Shown: positions 36,601-50,821, numbered from the whole stretch's first letter. The stretch: 63,996 bases of DNA, filler included, from Choristocarpus tenellus KU-1152 (GCA_964200185.2; 8 parts of 8 records of this genome joined end to end with filler, not necessarily neighbours in it), one strand, 5' to 3'. Numbers and translations: made by a program. Notes: generated by a model from the sequence alone, not told the origin.

Positions 36601-39600
36601 TGCTGTTCCTCCCACCACCCCTCACTGCTTTTGGGGAAGGTAGTGGTTGTGAAGAACAGCATAGACAAAAGAAGGGCAACGGAGAACCAATGGTGCTTGC
36701 AGGACTGGGGAGATTGAGGGACACTCTCCGTGGAGGAGTGTCAGCAGTGGCCAAGGGGGTAGGAAATGAAGGCGGTGAGTCTGTACTTGCCCTGCAATCA
36801 CTGAAGTCTAACTTCACTTCAACAGAGAGGTCAGATTGCTCTGACACATCTTGATTTTTTCATTAGGCCTTCCCAAAGCTTCAGCACAGTGCAGAGTAAA
36901 ACTGAGGTCTGTGCGAACAACCCTCCTCAACTCGATCTTGAACTTCTCCAAAATAGCCTGATGTTACTCTATAATCCCTGACTCAAATTCTGTCCTCAAT
37001 GCTAAACTTGATCCACCCAAGGCTACGAAGGTGTGTGGACATTTTGTTGTAATGAAGTCTCCTCAAAGGAGATGCAAGAGACAATCGGAGTTTCTCAAGC
37101 AGGATGTGTTACCCGTGAAGACGAGTGCCCTCAGGTTGAGTCCATGTTCCATATTGGGCCGGAATCTCTCACATCACTGTTACACCTCTGTCAAAGGTGC
37201 TCCAAACTTCTATTCTGAAGATGCCTCACATGATATGGTTCAAACAGAAATACGTAGTATGGCATCTTGGAGATGTAAACGATGAGCAGTGAAGTAAATG
37301 CACTAACACAAAGTGTGAAGTTAGTAGTCAATTTCCCCACAATAGACTGTATGTGCTGTGACACTATGGCCCAGAGTGCAGCAAGATCTTCTTGTCAATG
37401 CCGAGAGTCCCCTGACCATTGAGGTTGGACTCTAATGCAGAATTAAATATTGCCTCTATCATCCACGACATGTGAACCACTTTAAACATATGTGCAATGG
37501 CAATCCACTGTTTCATGATTTTACTCACGTGTTCCCCATGCCCCCCCTACAGTGAGCCTTTGTGTCAGGCCTTGACATACCTCGGCACAGACAATGCCTA
37601 TCCTGTCTCCTCTCTGAAGGATCTCTCTTGGCAAATTCAGGACGATATGCTCCATTCTGCTCACTCTTTCATTAGCGCAGCTTTGACAGCACCCCAGCTC
37701 CTGGAAAATCCAATCCATGCATCCCTGTTTCCAACGGTGACAACAGCTGTGAGACCTCCTTATCAGTATCAGGATACAAACGACTACATCACCTTCTGTC
37801 AAGATGTGGTTGGAGTGATGCAGAAGGATGAAATCAATTCAGACACTGCATCTCTTCAGGGTCCAGGCAAGGGCTATGGTTGGAGCGGGGTATCCATGCC
37901 AGATGTATGTGCCCTAGAGGATTGCGCAGCTTCTTCAACCTCATCACCAGCTCAAACAGCTCAGTCGCTTGCCAGGGTAGCATGCCACCTGCTAGACTTT
38001 GCTGATTCTCTTGGAGGTATGAATGAATTCATAGCGGTCAATCTCCAGCCTATTCCAAACCGAAGTTGTCCTTATCTGTATGTGCTGTGAGCATGTACAG
38101 AGGGTACTATTGTAAGTCCTGCTAACCCTAACCCAATCAAGTGCCTCAGTGAACCTTTTTGGCGGTATAAGTGAAGCACACGGAAATGGTTGCGATGTTT
38201 GTCTCCTGCCATATCACAAAAGCCCTGATCGGCCTTGTACATGTTGCAAATGTTGCCTTAGAGAGTTGCACGGTCTGTGATTGTGTATCCTGTTGAGATA
38301 CAGTGAGTCTTTTTTTTTTTTCTTATAATGAGATACTCCAGCAACGAGAACGGTGCATCTTGAATAGTTTACTCTACTCCTGTAATTATTTGTAGTACAA
38401 TACTGCTCGAGTTTTAAACAAAAAATATGTTTTGCCTGGAGAAAATAGTCAACCGAAAATGGTGTTGTCTTGTACATGCACCCCCCTCTCTTCTTGTCAA
38501 AAAATGTACTTAACATAGTATGTACTGAGAGTTCTCTGTCATTCTACCTCAAGCTGCTTCCACAACACATGCCATCAATCAATTTGCATCACTCTATGAA
38601 CGGCTCCAGGTGGTGGGCATAAATCTGGTCCTGGCAAGAACAGACTTTGGGCGAGCGCCATGGCAGGGATAGGGGTTTTAACAAAGCTCCCAAGTAATCA
38701 CCCAGGCAAGGGCAGCACTTGTGAAGATGGTCGCTGGGGTCCACCCCTTGCCCTCCCCAATGCTGTATCAAAACTTCGACTCCTCCGGGAAACCTGGCTG
38801 GAGCGTCTACCTGGAGGTCCCAACCCTCAGCTGGTGGTACGATGTGCAAGACACTATGAGCGTGCAGCTGGCCTCTTAGTCTCTGCAGCTGTTGATACTG
38901 TCTCTAGCTTCATTGACCGGGTACCAAAGGCCTGGACCATACCATCTGCACCAGTAGCAATAGCTCCTTCCAGCTCTAACAGCGTCCCTACTGATGCATC
39001 CCAAGCCCAGGTCTCAGTCCCATCCCCACTTGGACTCCCACTTGGTGCCTCAGTTACAAGTCGGGCAGCTGCACGGGTGGACCTTGCTGGCGGTTGGACC
39101 GACACCCCCCCTGTGTGTTATGAAGAGGGAGCTGCAGTTTTGAACATAGCAATAACTGTTGATGGGAGGCGTCCACTGGAGGCTATGGCAGAACGCATCC
39201 CTCAACCATGGCTGGAGCTAGTGTGTGAAGGGTGGTGTGAAGTGATGTGCACAAGGCTTGAGGACCTGGAGTGAGCCGATTTGTGATACTTTTCCTATTT
39301 CTATTTTTTTAATCTTGAGTTTGTTACAGCGATTTGAGGGTTTCACATGGAATTAATTAGCTTAGGAAAGAAGCAAAACATATATTTTTGGAGGCAATCT
39401 TTCTGGGGGATGGAGTCGTCTAGCTAGAGCTTGGTGTTCATTGTTTTCCAGGGGGTTTGTTGGGGTTTTTTCAGAGCATGCTGGACAATTTGAAGCACCA
39501 TGTAGCAGACTTGTGTTAGTGACGTCCCTTGTGACATTTATTTCAGTCACGTGTTTCAGGATTGTTGTTGAAGTTGAACCTCTGCTTACTTTGATATTGA

Positions 39601-42600
39601 CACGCTAACATACTATAAGTAGTTCGTTGCATTTCTCTTGGCAAATATAGGCTGCCAAGGACTCTAACAAGTAGTTGAGGTCTAAAGACAAAGTTGTACT
39701 GGAATCTCTGGAGAGCTTAGATCAGAGTCAGCGTTTGTTTTCATTCCGTTTTGAGAAGATTATGTCTTAACTGCCACCAGTCTTGTCACCTTAAACATGT
39801 AATTGGGTTTCTTATTATCAAGATTGTGTTTTCTCTCTAGTGACAAATACTTCGAAGTATAACACTGTTTTTCTAGTGTGTATGGGACACCTTTGAGAGT
39901 CGTCTGTAATCACGTGTTATCTTGCAATACAAGAATGTTGAGGATGAGTTTGGTTCCTTCCCCCCATCATGCATTAATCTTTCCACCACACCTGCACATA
40001 TGCCGTTACCCTAATCCCAACTGTGCCTTAATTTCCAACCTCGCCCCTACTTTCCTTATCTTGTTTATATTCACAGGGACTATTGTGTTCCCCAGGCCCC
40101 AGCAGCACTGCTCAAGGCAGTTTTACTGTGTGCTGGGGTGATATCCATGGACACCCTTCCATCACTCAATCCCACCTCTGGACAGGATAGTGCCAACAGC
40201 CTTACCAATCAAATTGTACGCATCTTTGGTTCTGGTGGACTAAGGGTGACGTCGCGATCTATGCTACCCCAAGGCTCAGGCATGGGCACCAGCAGCATAC
40301 TAGCCGGTATGTGGCTTTGCAAATTCAGCACAGACAAAACAAACACTGTTTTTTTCCTCATTTTTTGTCCCTTCTCATGGCAATGATAAATCCTGACAGA
40401 AGTGAGTGTGGTGGTCGTATTTATGTAGGTAATGACTAAGGAAGAGGCCATGGTTCTAGGAGTGCCGGCAAGGTTCAAGAATGGCCTGTGACATGCTAGA
40501 ATTGAGCACTTCGAGCATGACTTGAGCCTTCTAAGCCTTGCACCTGTGGCCCACTCTTGCTCCCTGAACTCTCTCTCTCTGTCTCTCTATCTCTCTCTTG
40601 ACACATGATATTTGGTGTATTGCCAAGGTGCCCTCCTTAGTTCAGTGTGTATCGTGGCGGGACGTCCAATGTCAAGGTCTTCCCTGTTGCATGCAGTGCT
40701 AAAGGTCGAACAGATGATGACTTCTGGTGAGTCACTCCCTTTATTGCCCCACCGGTTGGTTGTGTCTCATTTAATGTCCAGTCTTAGCATCATGTTGATT
40801 TAACTTGTGATTTTGTTGACCACTTCATCCATCAATGCACAGAAACAGTGAAATTGACTGTTTTTTCGCTTGTTGCCGACTAAGTCTGAGAAATCCTAAT
40901 TGCCAGCCAATAAGAAATGGGGGGGTAGCAGATGGTGCGACGGAATAACAATATTCTCACACGGCCACATCGTCCCTCCAACTGAATTTCCCCCTCTTGT
41001 TTTTACTTCAGAGAAGATAAACCCAATTGTATGGGCAAACCTGTGCTCAATCACGATTAAAGATACAGATATATAACTAACTCGCTCACAATGTTCCCCA
41101 AGTATGGAGAGAGGGCGATTGAATAGAACGTTGGATGTTGTTGAACAGAATCCTATATTCCATGTTGGATTGGTTCAAAGGGTGGTTCACTAGTTCCTCC
41201 ACCTCAGGATAATAAATGGGGCCATTTGGAGACGGGTTGCTGATTGAATCAACGAAATCTCTTGTTTATGAGGACAGAAATTAGTAGTATGTGGGACGAA
41301 GCGGCAGCATGAAGTCATTCCATCATGTTTTACGTATTCATCTCAAATATCAACAGGTTTTCAGTGTGGTATTCCAAGTCCAAACGAATTTCAGTCCCTA
41401 TTAATTCCTATGGCACGCTCATACAGGATGAGACATACCAAGGCCTGGAACTTTGAACAAGTGGAAATAATATGAAAATATGCAAATGGCGACACCGTAG
41501 AGCATTTGTAGAAATGTAAAGATCTGGAGGAACAAGCCATTGAGAAGGCCTATCTCTTAGCTGCAATTGAAATTTTTGTCGACAATAGCAGCTGATTGCA
41601 ATAACAAAGCTAGTTTTACTTTGGAATTTTCGAGATGTATCCTCTCTATAATCTTCTCTTACCAGGTGCAACTGTCTGTAGGAAGTGGTCGATGGCAATC
41701 AACCTATTGATCTTCAATTGCTATGCCCACTATGCTGTGTGTTGTGTGCATTGACCTTTCTATGTATGTTAAGGTATTTACAATCTTACCTCGCATGAGA
41801 TATAGACAAAATGGTATTTCTCAGGAGAACTTAAACAGGTTCAGATTGACATTCCCACACAACGGATGATGGAACAGGAGGGCCTTCTCCCTTTATTGTC
41901 AGACCTATTTGATTTGAAGAACAAAAATCTACCAGTACTGTTGTGCATATGTAAATGTCTAACTTACATATCTCTACTGTTTAACAATTGGAGTGCTTAA
42001 CATAGATTAAAGCACATTAACAAAAGTTGGGTTTTGGGGTCCCGAGTAGAACACCTAGGCTTGAAATTGGGAGAGATCTCTTGTCCGTCTGTGGTCAATT
42101 ATTTCACTAATTTTATACCCTTTGCTATTATGCTGACCTGATGAGGTATCTTGATCTTGCTCTCACCAACTTGATTTGTAATGATTGTGCAGGTGGGGGC
42201 TATCAAGACCAGGTTGGTGGTCTCATTGGTGGTGCCAAAATTTCCCGTACTGGGAGGGGCCTCCCACTAGAGGTGTGTGTGTGTGTTTGTATTATTAGCG
42301 GTAGTGCCTGTGGACATAATCTTTCTAACCCTAATTCTAACCTCAGTGCTTTAAACTACCAACAATAGTAGATCCGGTCTCTTGGACAAGAAGGTTCAAC
42401 CGCCTTTGGCATCCCAGGCCCATCCTACACCCTGATCACTTATGCAGCCTAGTTTTGGTTGTAAGACAAGACTTTCTTGGTCTGGACAAACCTTGATCTG
42501 CACACTTGGAAGACATATCACTTATTGAAGAATCATTACTGATTTTATTACCGGCAATGTAGGTTAGGGTTAGGGTCGGGATTAGAAAGAAGTACACCAA

Positions 42601-45303
42601 TTCAAAAGGTTCTTGGGGTTGGGTTTAGTTTATGTTTGTGCTCCAGATTTTTTATTGATTAAATTGAATGCGGACTTCGATACTCTTCAAAATCATGTTC
42701 CTACGCTATTTTCTCCCCTGCATGGAATTTTTGCTGTATAGTGAATGGGTACATGGTAGCACAATTATGGAAACAGCTTTGGTTTATACGCTTACAAAAT
42801 TATTGAGAATTATTAGGTTCGACACCAAATGGCCATAGTACTCTGTACACTATACTTCAGTGTAATCTGGTATTGTTGGATTGATTGTTCAACAAGAATA
42901 ACAAGGGCTTTTGCTTCAGTTTTCTTGCTGGAAAGGATTGAATGTTGACTTGTTTTCTTACCAGGAGAGAATCAGCTGTTGTCCTCATGCTATTGAATAT
43001 TTTGATACTACACTTTTTTTTTCAAGCATGCATGAATCCCCAATAGCACCTGCACTCTGAAAAATTGCACACTTGAGAAGCCTAATGCACACTGATGATT
43101 GTTCCCAATATGTCCCTCTGATTCTACTCTGCAAAGTGCAGATACTTACTGAGGTTGTGTCCATGACTGCGGACTTTGAGGAAGAGCTTAACCAACGACT
43201 AGTGTTGGTTTTTACAGGGAAGCAACGCCTTGCCAGGTTTGAGAGCAATCCATCTTTCAGATTCTGCTGTCTTCGACACAACTTAGCCAGTTGATACGCT
43301 GCAGTGAAGTGCTCTTAGTGGTGGGGGACTCCATGCACTGAAGTGGTGAACAAGTACTGAAGACATTACATGCCCCTTGGTTGCAAGTTCTACTAAGAAC
43401 TGGATATTTTATGCCACAGGGGGGTGCAGCAGTCCATTACAAGTGCTGACTTGACTTGAAGATATATCCTGCATGTCCCTACACCAAAATCTGTTTTATG
43501 TTCTGGTCTATTGTTTTTTCTCTTGATGGGGCAAACCACGCCTAATCTGGTTCAGGAAACCACAGTTGATTGATTGATTCAATAATCCTCCTCCGTTCCA
43601 ATCTGACACTTTTCTGACCAGGGACCTACTTCAAGGAGTAGTGCGAGGCTGGCATGATCGCTTGCCTGCAACGTGTCATGCTGTGAAGGTTAGAGAGCAC
43701 GCAGACAAATAACTCCTCATGTTACGTGCTGTGACATTCTGAGTGCTGTAGATACCTTTGTGCATTGTGTGAGAATGCTGCTGACGTTTGCACCTCTTTG
43801 AAATCTCAACAGAGTATCAAGTATCCACTACCTGTTTTGTTCATGTCGCAAGATCTTGAAAATGAGTAGTTGTACAATGATTAAAGACTGAATGTTGCCA
43901 CTCTGCAGGCCCTGCGACTGAATGCAGAGAACGCTGCAAGGGTATGTGAAGAGAGTGACATTGAAGCTCTTGGTAAATGCTTGACCTGCTATTGGGAACA
44001 GAAAAAGCTGATGGCTCCAGGTTAGTTTGTGCAAAGCAGGATGAGGATTAGCTCTCGTAGATCAATTGTGCAGTCTGTGTTTCACTTGTTGTGGCGAACC
44101 ATTTTTCCCTCTCTCTCTCTCCCACAAATCCTGTTGGTGAACTGTGTCTAAGTACACTATCAGTGGCAATTTTTTGGTCTCCAGATGGAATGTTTATCTC
44201 TGGTCACAAATTTAATACATAGCTCCATGTATGCCTCCCTGGCGTCTTTTGCTTCTGTGCGTATTTTCCATGATGGGTTTGTGTACTTGGAACATACTGG
44301 TGTACTATATTTTGTTGGGGCATTGCCTATACACAAACCCCATGATTGTCCTCTCCAGTGTCTGCCTGTGGTGAGCTGGTTACATGGGTGCAAGTATTGT
44401 GAATCTAACAAATGAGATTAGCAGTCAGTTACTATCAAGATTGAGGGTTTGGGAATAATAGAAGAACAGCAATATTTTTGTCTAAAAATATATTTAAGGT
44501 TATGCATCACATTAGGCCAATAGAATTCCTTCGTTTCATACCATCAACTTTAAGCCCCCAACCTCAATCTAGCCCTAACACTGAATGTGTTTATGCCAGT
44601 CTTGGTCTCACCTCCCACATGATTCGGTCCTACCACATCTGACTCGGACCCTGATTAGTGCTTTCCTGCATTTATAATAATAAACAACAATTTCATTTGC
44701 AGCCACCAACTACCCAACGACCTTGCATTCAGAATGTTCCATACTCTTCAATTTGTTTTAAAACATCCTACCCTTGCTTGGTCTGCCGTATGTGACTAAT
44801 CTTCTTTTTCCTACACCTCTTCCTGACTTGTTTGAATTTGAACCAGGAGCGGAACCTCAAAGTGTGGCAACAATACTGTCCATCCTGCATCCGATCTGCT
44901 TAGGGTTGTCTGTATGCGGTGCTGGGGGGGGAGGCTTTATCGCATGCATCACCAAAAGTCGGGGGGAAAAGGTAACTGATGATTGTTACTATTTTAAATT
45001 CATCATTTAAGTGATAAATTGATAGATCGAGATTTTAGTAGTCTTGTTCTCCTGGTCACGGTATGCCAGAGTTCTTCCTCTTCCACCAAGACCAGATTTG
45101 GATCTTGTCCCTTAACGTTTACATAGCTGTTCTCTAACTGCTTGCAATGATTGCCGATTTTGTCCCTATGGTGTATGATTCAGGGTTTTGCGGAGGTCAC
45201 TGCAGCGGTTTCTGCTACAGAGATTCAAAGCATGAGCAGTGCAACAGTGCATAGAGCTTGCATTGATCCTGTTGGGCTAGAGGTGGACGTGGACATGGGT
45301 TAA
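30611..45303 (+). CDS. FUK: L-fucokinase (GHMP kinase), apparently fused downstream of a GDP-fucose pyrophosphorylase-like domain; 5'-truncated
   Basis: In-phase exons: 30611-31011, 35191-35351, 36292-36774, 37022-37134, approx. 37382-37423, 37569-38016, 38610-39270, 40077-40306, 40628-40726, 42193-42272, 43142-43236, 43622-43688, 43909-44020, 44847-44971, 45184-45303. Motifs: RVDLAGGWTDTPP, LPQGSGMGTSSILAG, VEQMMTSGGGYQDQVGG, FTGKQRLAR, YWEQKKLMAPG, CGAGGGGF. Confidence 0.93.
31681..31925. repeat. Tandem repeat, 87-bp unit x about 2.8
   Basis: Units start at 31681, 31768 and 31855 and are near-identical; intronic. Confidence 0.93.
32206..32282. repeat. Tandem repeat, 22-bp unit x about 3.5
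   Basis: ATTGTATCAATCTAWATTCATT units. Confidence 0.8.
32749..33068. repeat. Minisatellite, about 33-bp unit x about 10
   Basis: Consensus TTTGATAYGATATTTATACCATTTTRTCTTGTC; begins immediately after a TAGGGTTAGG tract. Confidence 0.9.
33163..33194. repeat. Interstitial (CCCTAA)5 tract
   Basis: Directly visible. Confidence 0.9.
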
Positions 45304-46502
45304 GGACCCTGTTAGAGATTTAGTGATCAAGTGGTTTGTAGTTGTTTAAAAGAAGGTCCGAACAGATTTTCGTGGAGATGAATTGACTGTGGAATCTATA
45401 CAAATACTCCATGATAGCACTTTTTTGTGGTTGACATGTGATGATGAAATTGCCGACATAATATTCATGTGGTGGAATGGGCAGGGCATTTACCACCGCA
45501 AAGTATATAATAATACAATCGTAATGGAACAAGGTTAATCCTGTGACTCTTGGAAATGGTCTCGAATTGTATCTCCGTAAGATCGCAAATCAGAGACTTG
45601 AGCAAATAGTAGTGATGGGTCTCGAATTTATCTTGGAGTTTTTTGAATTTGATACAATGCTGACAATAATTTGATATTGACATGATACGAAATTCTAAAA
45701 AAACTGCGTCAAACGCGCTGATTTTTCGGCTCTTGTTAGAATTTTTTACTCTTTTCTATTTTAGGGGAAGTGTAGTGCCCCAGCTGAATTCACAACTTGG
45801 TAGATTTTTGAGCCAGAGCAATTGAGAGGTAGGCAAGTTTAGATCCTTTTGCATTCCAGGCCATATTTCTTATCCTGTGCGATACACTCTATTTCAATTC
45901 CTTCATGCGCGCATATTAGTATGCAAAATTGATATTCCCCCTTCCACACACACAAAGTGATACCATAATTCAGCACAAATTCTTTAATGCACTTTTGACT
46001 TGGTTTGACTCTTTGTGCACTCTAAATAATATTATTATTTTGTTTTTTTTCACCCTTCACCCGTTGTACTCGCCTGACAATAAAGAGCTATTCCTTGTAG
46101 TATTGCGTGAAATGAAATACATCTCTTGTGGCGAACAGAGATGAGAGAGGGTGAAATTCCATCATTTTCTACTTCCAATATTGACATCAGAAAAATTATG
46201 GTCTTTTCTGTACGACATATATTATATGCATCAGATTTTTCTTAATGATATATGGATTTGAGACCCCCATTCCTCCGTCCACCTGGAGCACCATGTCTGG
46301 TAGCTGGTTAATTTTTTCTTGTTCTCCTCAAACACATATATATCACACAACATCACCCCCCTGTGCCCTCCCCTCTGCTGCTGCCCAAGCTCCGTGGGTG
46401 CTTAATGGCAGATGTCCTCCATTTCTTTTGTTCCCACCATAGACAACACATGTTTACCCTATGTAACATATTATATACATTATAGGGGTTTCTTATACTT
46501 CC

Positions 46503-46632
46503 GAGAGGTGACATGCGGTTCAAGCTAGAGTACACAAGGCAGATGGGCAAGAAGAGGCCTGTCAAGTTCTTGGGATGCTTCCTTACCTCCTCGCCCACCT
46601 TTGTGGGACTAAGCTAGGTTAGAGGCACAACA
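46503..46632 (-). repeat. Dispersed repeat, copy 1 (homologous to 58738-58862)
   Basis: The reverse complement aligns by eye with 58738-58862 over about 125 bp (TGCCTCYAACYTAGCTTAG...CCAAGAA..TGACAGGCC...CTTGCCCATCT). Confidence 0.75.
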
Positions 46633-47548
46633 CCAGTAGTGTGCATATTACTGTGCATATTACTGTGCATATTACTGTGCAATTACGAACCTTTTAGAGA
46701 GCATTTTAGTTTAGCTAGTATTCAAGTACTTCGAAGTAGTACGTAGTCTTTTGAGAGGTATCTTTTGCATTAAGGACTACTGTTACTTTTAGAGGGGTCC
46801 TTTTGACCTTGGTTGGGTTTTTCCCTTGACACTTCCGCAAAGTGTTAAGGGGCATAAATATAGCTTTCTAACATAATAAACACACTTCCAGGCACGAAAG
46901 TAGCAGGCTTTCTCTTCCCTAACTTGGCATGAATAAAAGACAAAAACAACCAATAATATGATAAAAAAGGAACAAAACTATAGGTTTGTCTACAGCTTGT
47001 GAGGCGTTTTAAAATACGACATTCGTGTATAAGTGGAAGGAACTTTCATACGCCATACGTGGTTTCATATGTATTTACATGCTTTTTCATGAAGCGTTAC
47101 GTACGTACCGTTTTCAATTTTTTTTTGTGAATGGGACGCCACCAATGTAACGTCTCCCATGTTGCGCTTCACTTGAAATGCCACCAGTTGAAGGGGCAAT
47201 ATGCTCTGTTCTCTCCCATATTCTTGCTGTTGCGTGACGGCCAGGGTACAATTCACCATACACTGAAAATTCTAGTTGAAAAATCCGGAGTTTGTTGAAA
47301 CCAAAGATGAATGTGTACCTCTTTAGATTAACTTAAATTTTCTGCCCTACTTACGAAGTCGTCGAGACACGTTGTTGTCCAGGGAGTTAGCAACCAACTC
47401 CCCGAAGACGAGTTGAAGATGCTGGACTCCAACTAAACTTTGTTTGTTGTTGGGGCTGATATAGGCTGGTAAAAGCGGGCCTCTAGCATCAACCACAGAC
47501 GTGGACTGGCAGAGTTTCTGGGCTCTTCCATCCCCTTTGACACCAACC

Positions 47549-50500
47549 ATGTCATCATCTAGGAAGTCGTCTGCCGTTGGTGGACCCATGCTCAATCCAT
47601 ATGTTGAGCCTACTGCTCGACGTGAATCCAATAACCGAGCTGGAAGTATTTCGACGCGAAATAGCCTCGACACCACGCCCGTGAATGCAGCATTAGACCC
47701 CAATACACTAGCATTGGCGGTCGAAAATCGGAACCGGCGACGAACCCTTACGCTCAAGGTGAGTTCAGGCATCGATATTGCTTCAATTATGTAGTTCCTG
47801 GTTCGACATCGCATTCCACCTCCATTAAAGGTTACTACCCTCTTCTATCATCTTCGCTATTCCTCCGAACTTGGAGTGAAGTAACTGATCAATACACCTT
47901 TTTTTGTAGCAAAGTTTCGAGGCTCTGTCTATGGCAGAGCAGTTGTGAGCAGTAACTATTGAGCGCATACCAACATCAACGAGTATCCGGTCCTGACAGC
48001 GGTTTGGTGTGACGGAGCAAATGCGCGCGGCCCTTATCGAAGCTGTAGACTCTGCTCTGAGGGAGGCAGAACTCTCGTCAACTACCAACATGACGAGCAT
48101 TGAGAAACTTGAGGATATAATGACCAAGGCCAAGGAAAAGGTTTGGTTGAGGCAGTCATGCCTCTTTGTGCTTGGTCGTTCAATATATCCTAATGGAAAA
48201 AACGCCTCGCTTATGTGATGTTCCTCTCCCAAGTGGGGTGCTTAGCATTGATTGCACGACCCTGTCTGGGGCATTTGCAGACAAGAGCAAGAGAATGAAT
48301 GTTCTGATCATCTTGGTCCATTGTGTCCCTTGACTTAATCAATATTGGGCTGGACATCCACAGGGCATCGGAGTTAGCAAGCTTTTCCAGTATTTCTTTG
48401 TGCACGACGAAGATGTTACACAGCCTCCAGATCAAGCTGAGACTGCAGAAGAGAACAATGTGTCTCAAGAAACGGAGGAACCTAAACAGGAACCCATCAA
48501 TTCGACAAACACTTTGAAGGGAGAGTTGAAGCAGGTGCACACTCAGCATATCCCCTACTCACACTATTTGTGTAATTGACTCTATACCATTAAGTATTCT
48601 GGAGTACTTCCAAGTTGTGGGAGTCCTACTTTTTTGTGTGATACCAGTGCAATGACCTAGTGTGAGAGAGGAGGTTGAATATAAATGGTGTGGAGGAACC
48701 TAGAGTTTGGATAAGCTGCAAACCCTACACGCATATGCTAGTGTGGTCAAGGTAATCTGCATGCATAGCTACAAAAAAGAGTTAGGGTTGGACCACATAT
48801 TAAAAATAGAGCATGCATTTTCTAAGCAACAGTTTTCTGGTAGCAACTCGGAATGGTGGAGCATCCCCTTTGTCCCCAGTTTGACCGCCTGTTTGCCGTT
48901 ATATTGACCGTCCTTAATTGTGTAATAACGCAACAGGCACCAAGTGGTATCAGCCTGGATGCTCACACACGAGAAACGGAGAGTTCAAAGAGGAAGTCAG
49001 ATGCGTCTAAGAAGAGGGCAAGCAAGGGCAAACAAATAGAACTGGTGAGGTAGGAGAGAAATTAAATAACAATTGCAATTACTTGTTGCACGTCACCTCA
49101 ATATGGAGGACTTGGATGGCATTTGTTCAACTGCTTATGGACTATAATAACCCTAAGCCTAAGCCTACATAGACAATGTCGAAATCGACATTGTACACTG
49201 CACATCTCCTGTTTTCAACCCTTGACTAGGAAGCTAACTCTGGGACATGCCACTGTTAGACACTCTCAATAGTGGCACTCCGATATTCTATGGCATTTTC
49301 CTGCCAAATAACACAAAATACTTCCTATGAGTGTGGGCACATTGGGTCAGGTCTCTCCATCAACTTCTTCAGCAAAGTCCCTCCCATGCCTCCTATAGAT
49401 GCCTTCATTGCAGCATAGGAGGAGTGGCAGTAAGAGATCAAGTTCTCAACGAAAAAGTGATCCCTCAAGGAGAAATTCTTCCAGCAACAAAGGGAAGACC
49501 AATGCCAGGGACTCTGTGAGCAAGCAACAGGGTGCAACACCATTGGTATTAGGTGCACTTACAGAGTCACCTTGAATTCTCAAAACAAGGGGAAAAGGAC
49601 TATGTATGCAACATATCTTCCACTCTAAAACAGACCTATGATGTTGAAATCCCAAGTTTGTTGTGTCAACATTAGATTATGTAATTTTTCCCCTCATTTT
49701 GTGATACAGCAATGTTTTCCACCTCAAACTCCCCCAAAGTCCTCACCATGTACAAGGCCAAATTATAGCATCTCCTCATCCCTCATGCAAAGCAATCCAT
49801 ATTTCGTTGGAATAGTTGCTTCATAGGTGGGTGATGTGTTGAGTGATTGTTGACTCTTGGCTAGTGGTTCATTCTTTTCCCGCTAGCATTGACAAGCTTG
49901 ATCAAGTTGTATTTTTCCATTACAATATACGTACACTCTTAGGTGCAGATGCAGAATCACCTAAGCCTGTGATAACTGAGGCGGCTATTCATGCTCCACC
50001 ACGAAGGAGTATATCTCAATCGAGCATTCAGGAGGAGATCGAAACCAGGAAAATCGGCCCTGGTCAGCTAGAAAAAGCTCTAAGGCACTTAGGTCTTATT
50101 CTTGAGCCCAAGGTTCGGATCCGGATTCCTCCTCCTGGGGGTTGGAATGTAACTGTTTATGAGGTTCAGATTGCTCTATAGGAAAAGGAATACAGACGAT
50201 GTGTAATGTTAGTTGGGGTGATGGAGGTTGGTGCTCAAAGTGTGATCTATACTACATCCGAGGATAAAAGAAGAGCTCCAAATCGAGATTTACACCTTGG
50301 CATGAAATATACTATGTGTGTGGTAGATCTCAATGGTGATGGATAATCTCATGTGTCGTTTTTCTTCTTACTATCATGATTATTATTGTCATCTCTCTTT
50401 TGTGTACAATTATATTTTTCCCACAATATTTTTTAGTGATCGTTGCAGTGAGAGGTTCTGTAACCACCCTGTTGCTAAAATCAGCCGGCCTCGACTGAAT

Positions 50501-50658
50501 GCAGTGTTGCAGAGAAAATAGTATATACAACAAGAAAATGCCAATCCAGTTCCCATTGAAAATACCACTGACAGGAGCTCAAGGAGATATTTGTGCTCTT
50601 TGATGCAGACAATGATGGCGGTATTGATTTAACTGAATTCACAAAGTTCTGCCTTGAG
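47549..50658 (+). CDS. EF-hand protein with long disordered N-terminus, 3'-truncated
   Basis: About 7 GT-AG exons from MSSSRKSSAVGG to IGPGQLEKALRHLG...|ELKEIFVLFDADNDGGIDLTEFTKFCLE, with a canonical EF loop DADNDGGIDLTE. Confidence 0.75.
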
Positions 50659-50821
50659 GTGAGTCCTCTTCTAACCATACTCAAACGAGTATCAATGCTA
50701 TTGAGAGCAATGCACAAACATTTCTGGGGTTCACCTTCTCGTGATGTCCTCTTGTTCCATGCCCTAAGTTGCTCCTTGAACGTTTTATTTGTATGGGAGC
50801 AGGCTCAAAGTATCTGGGGGG

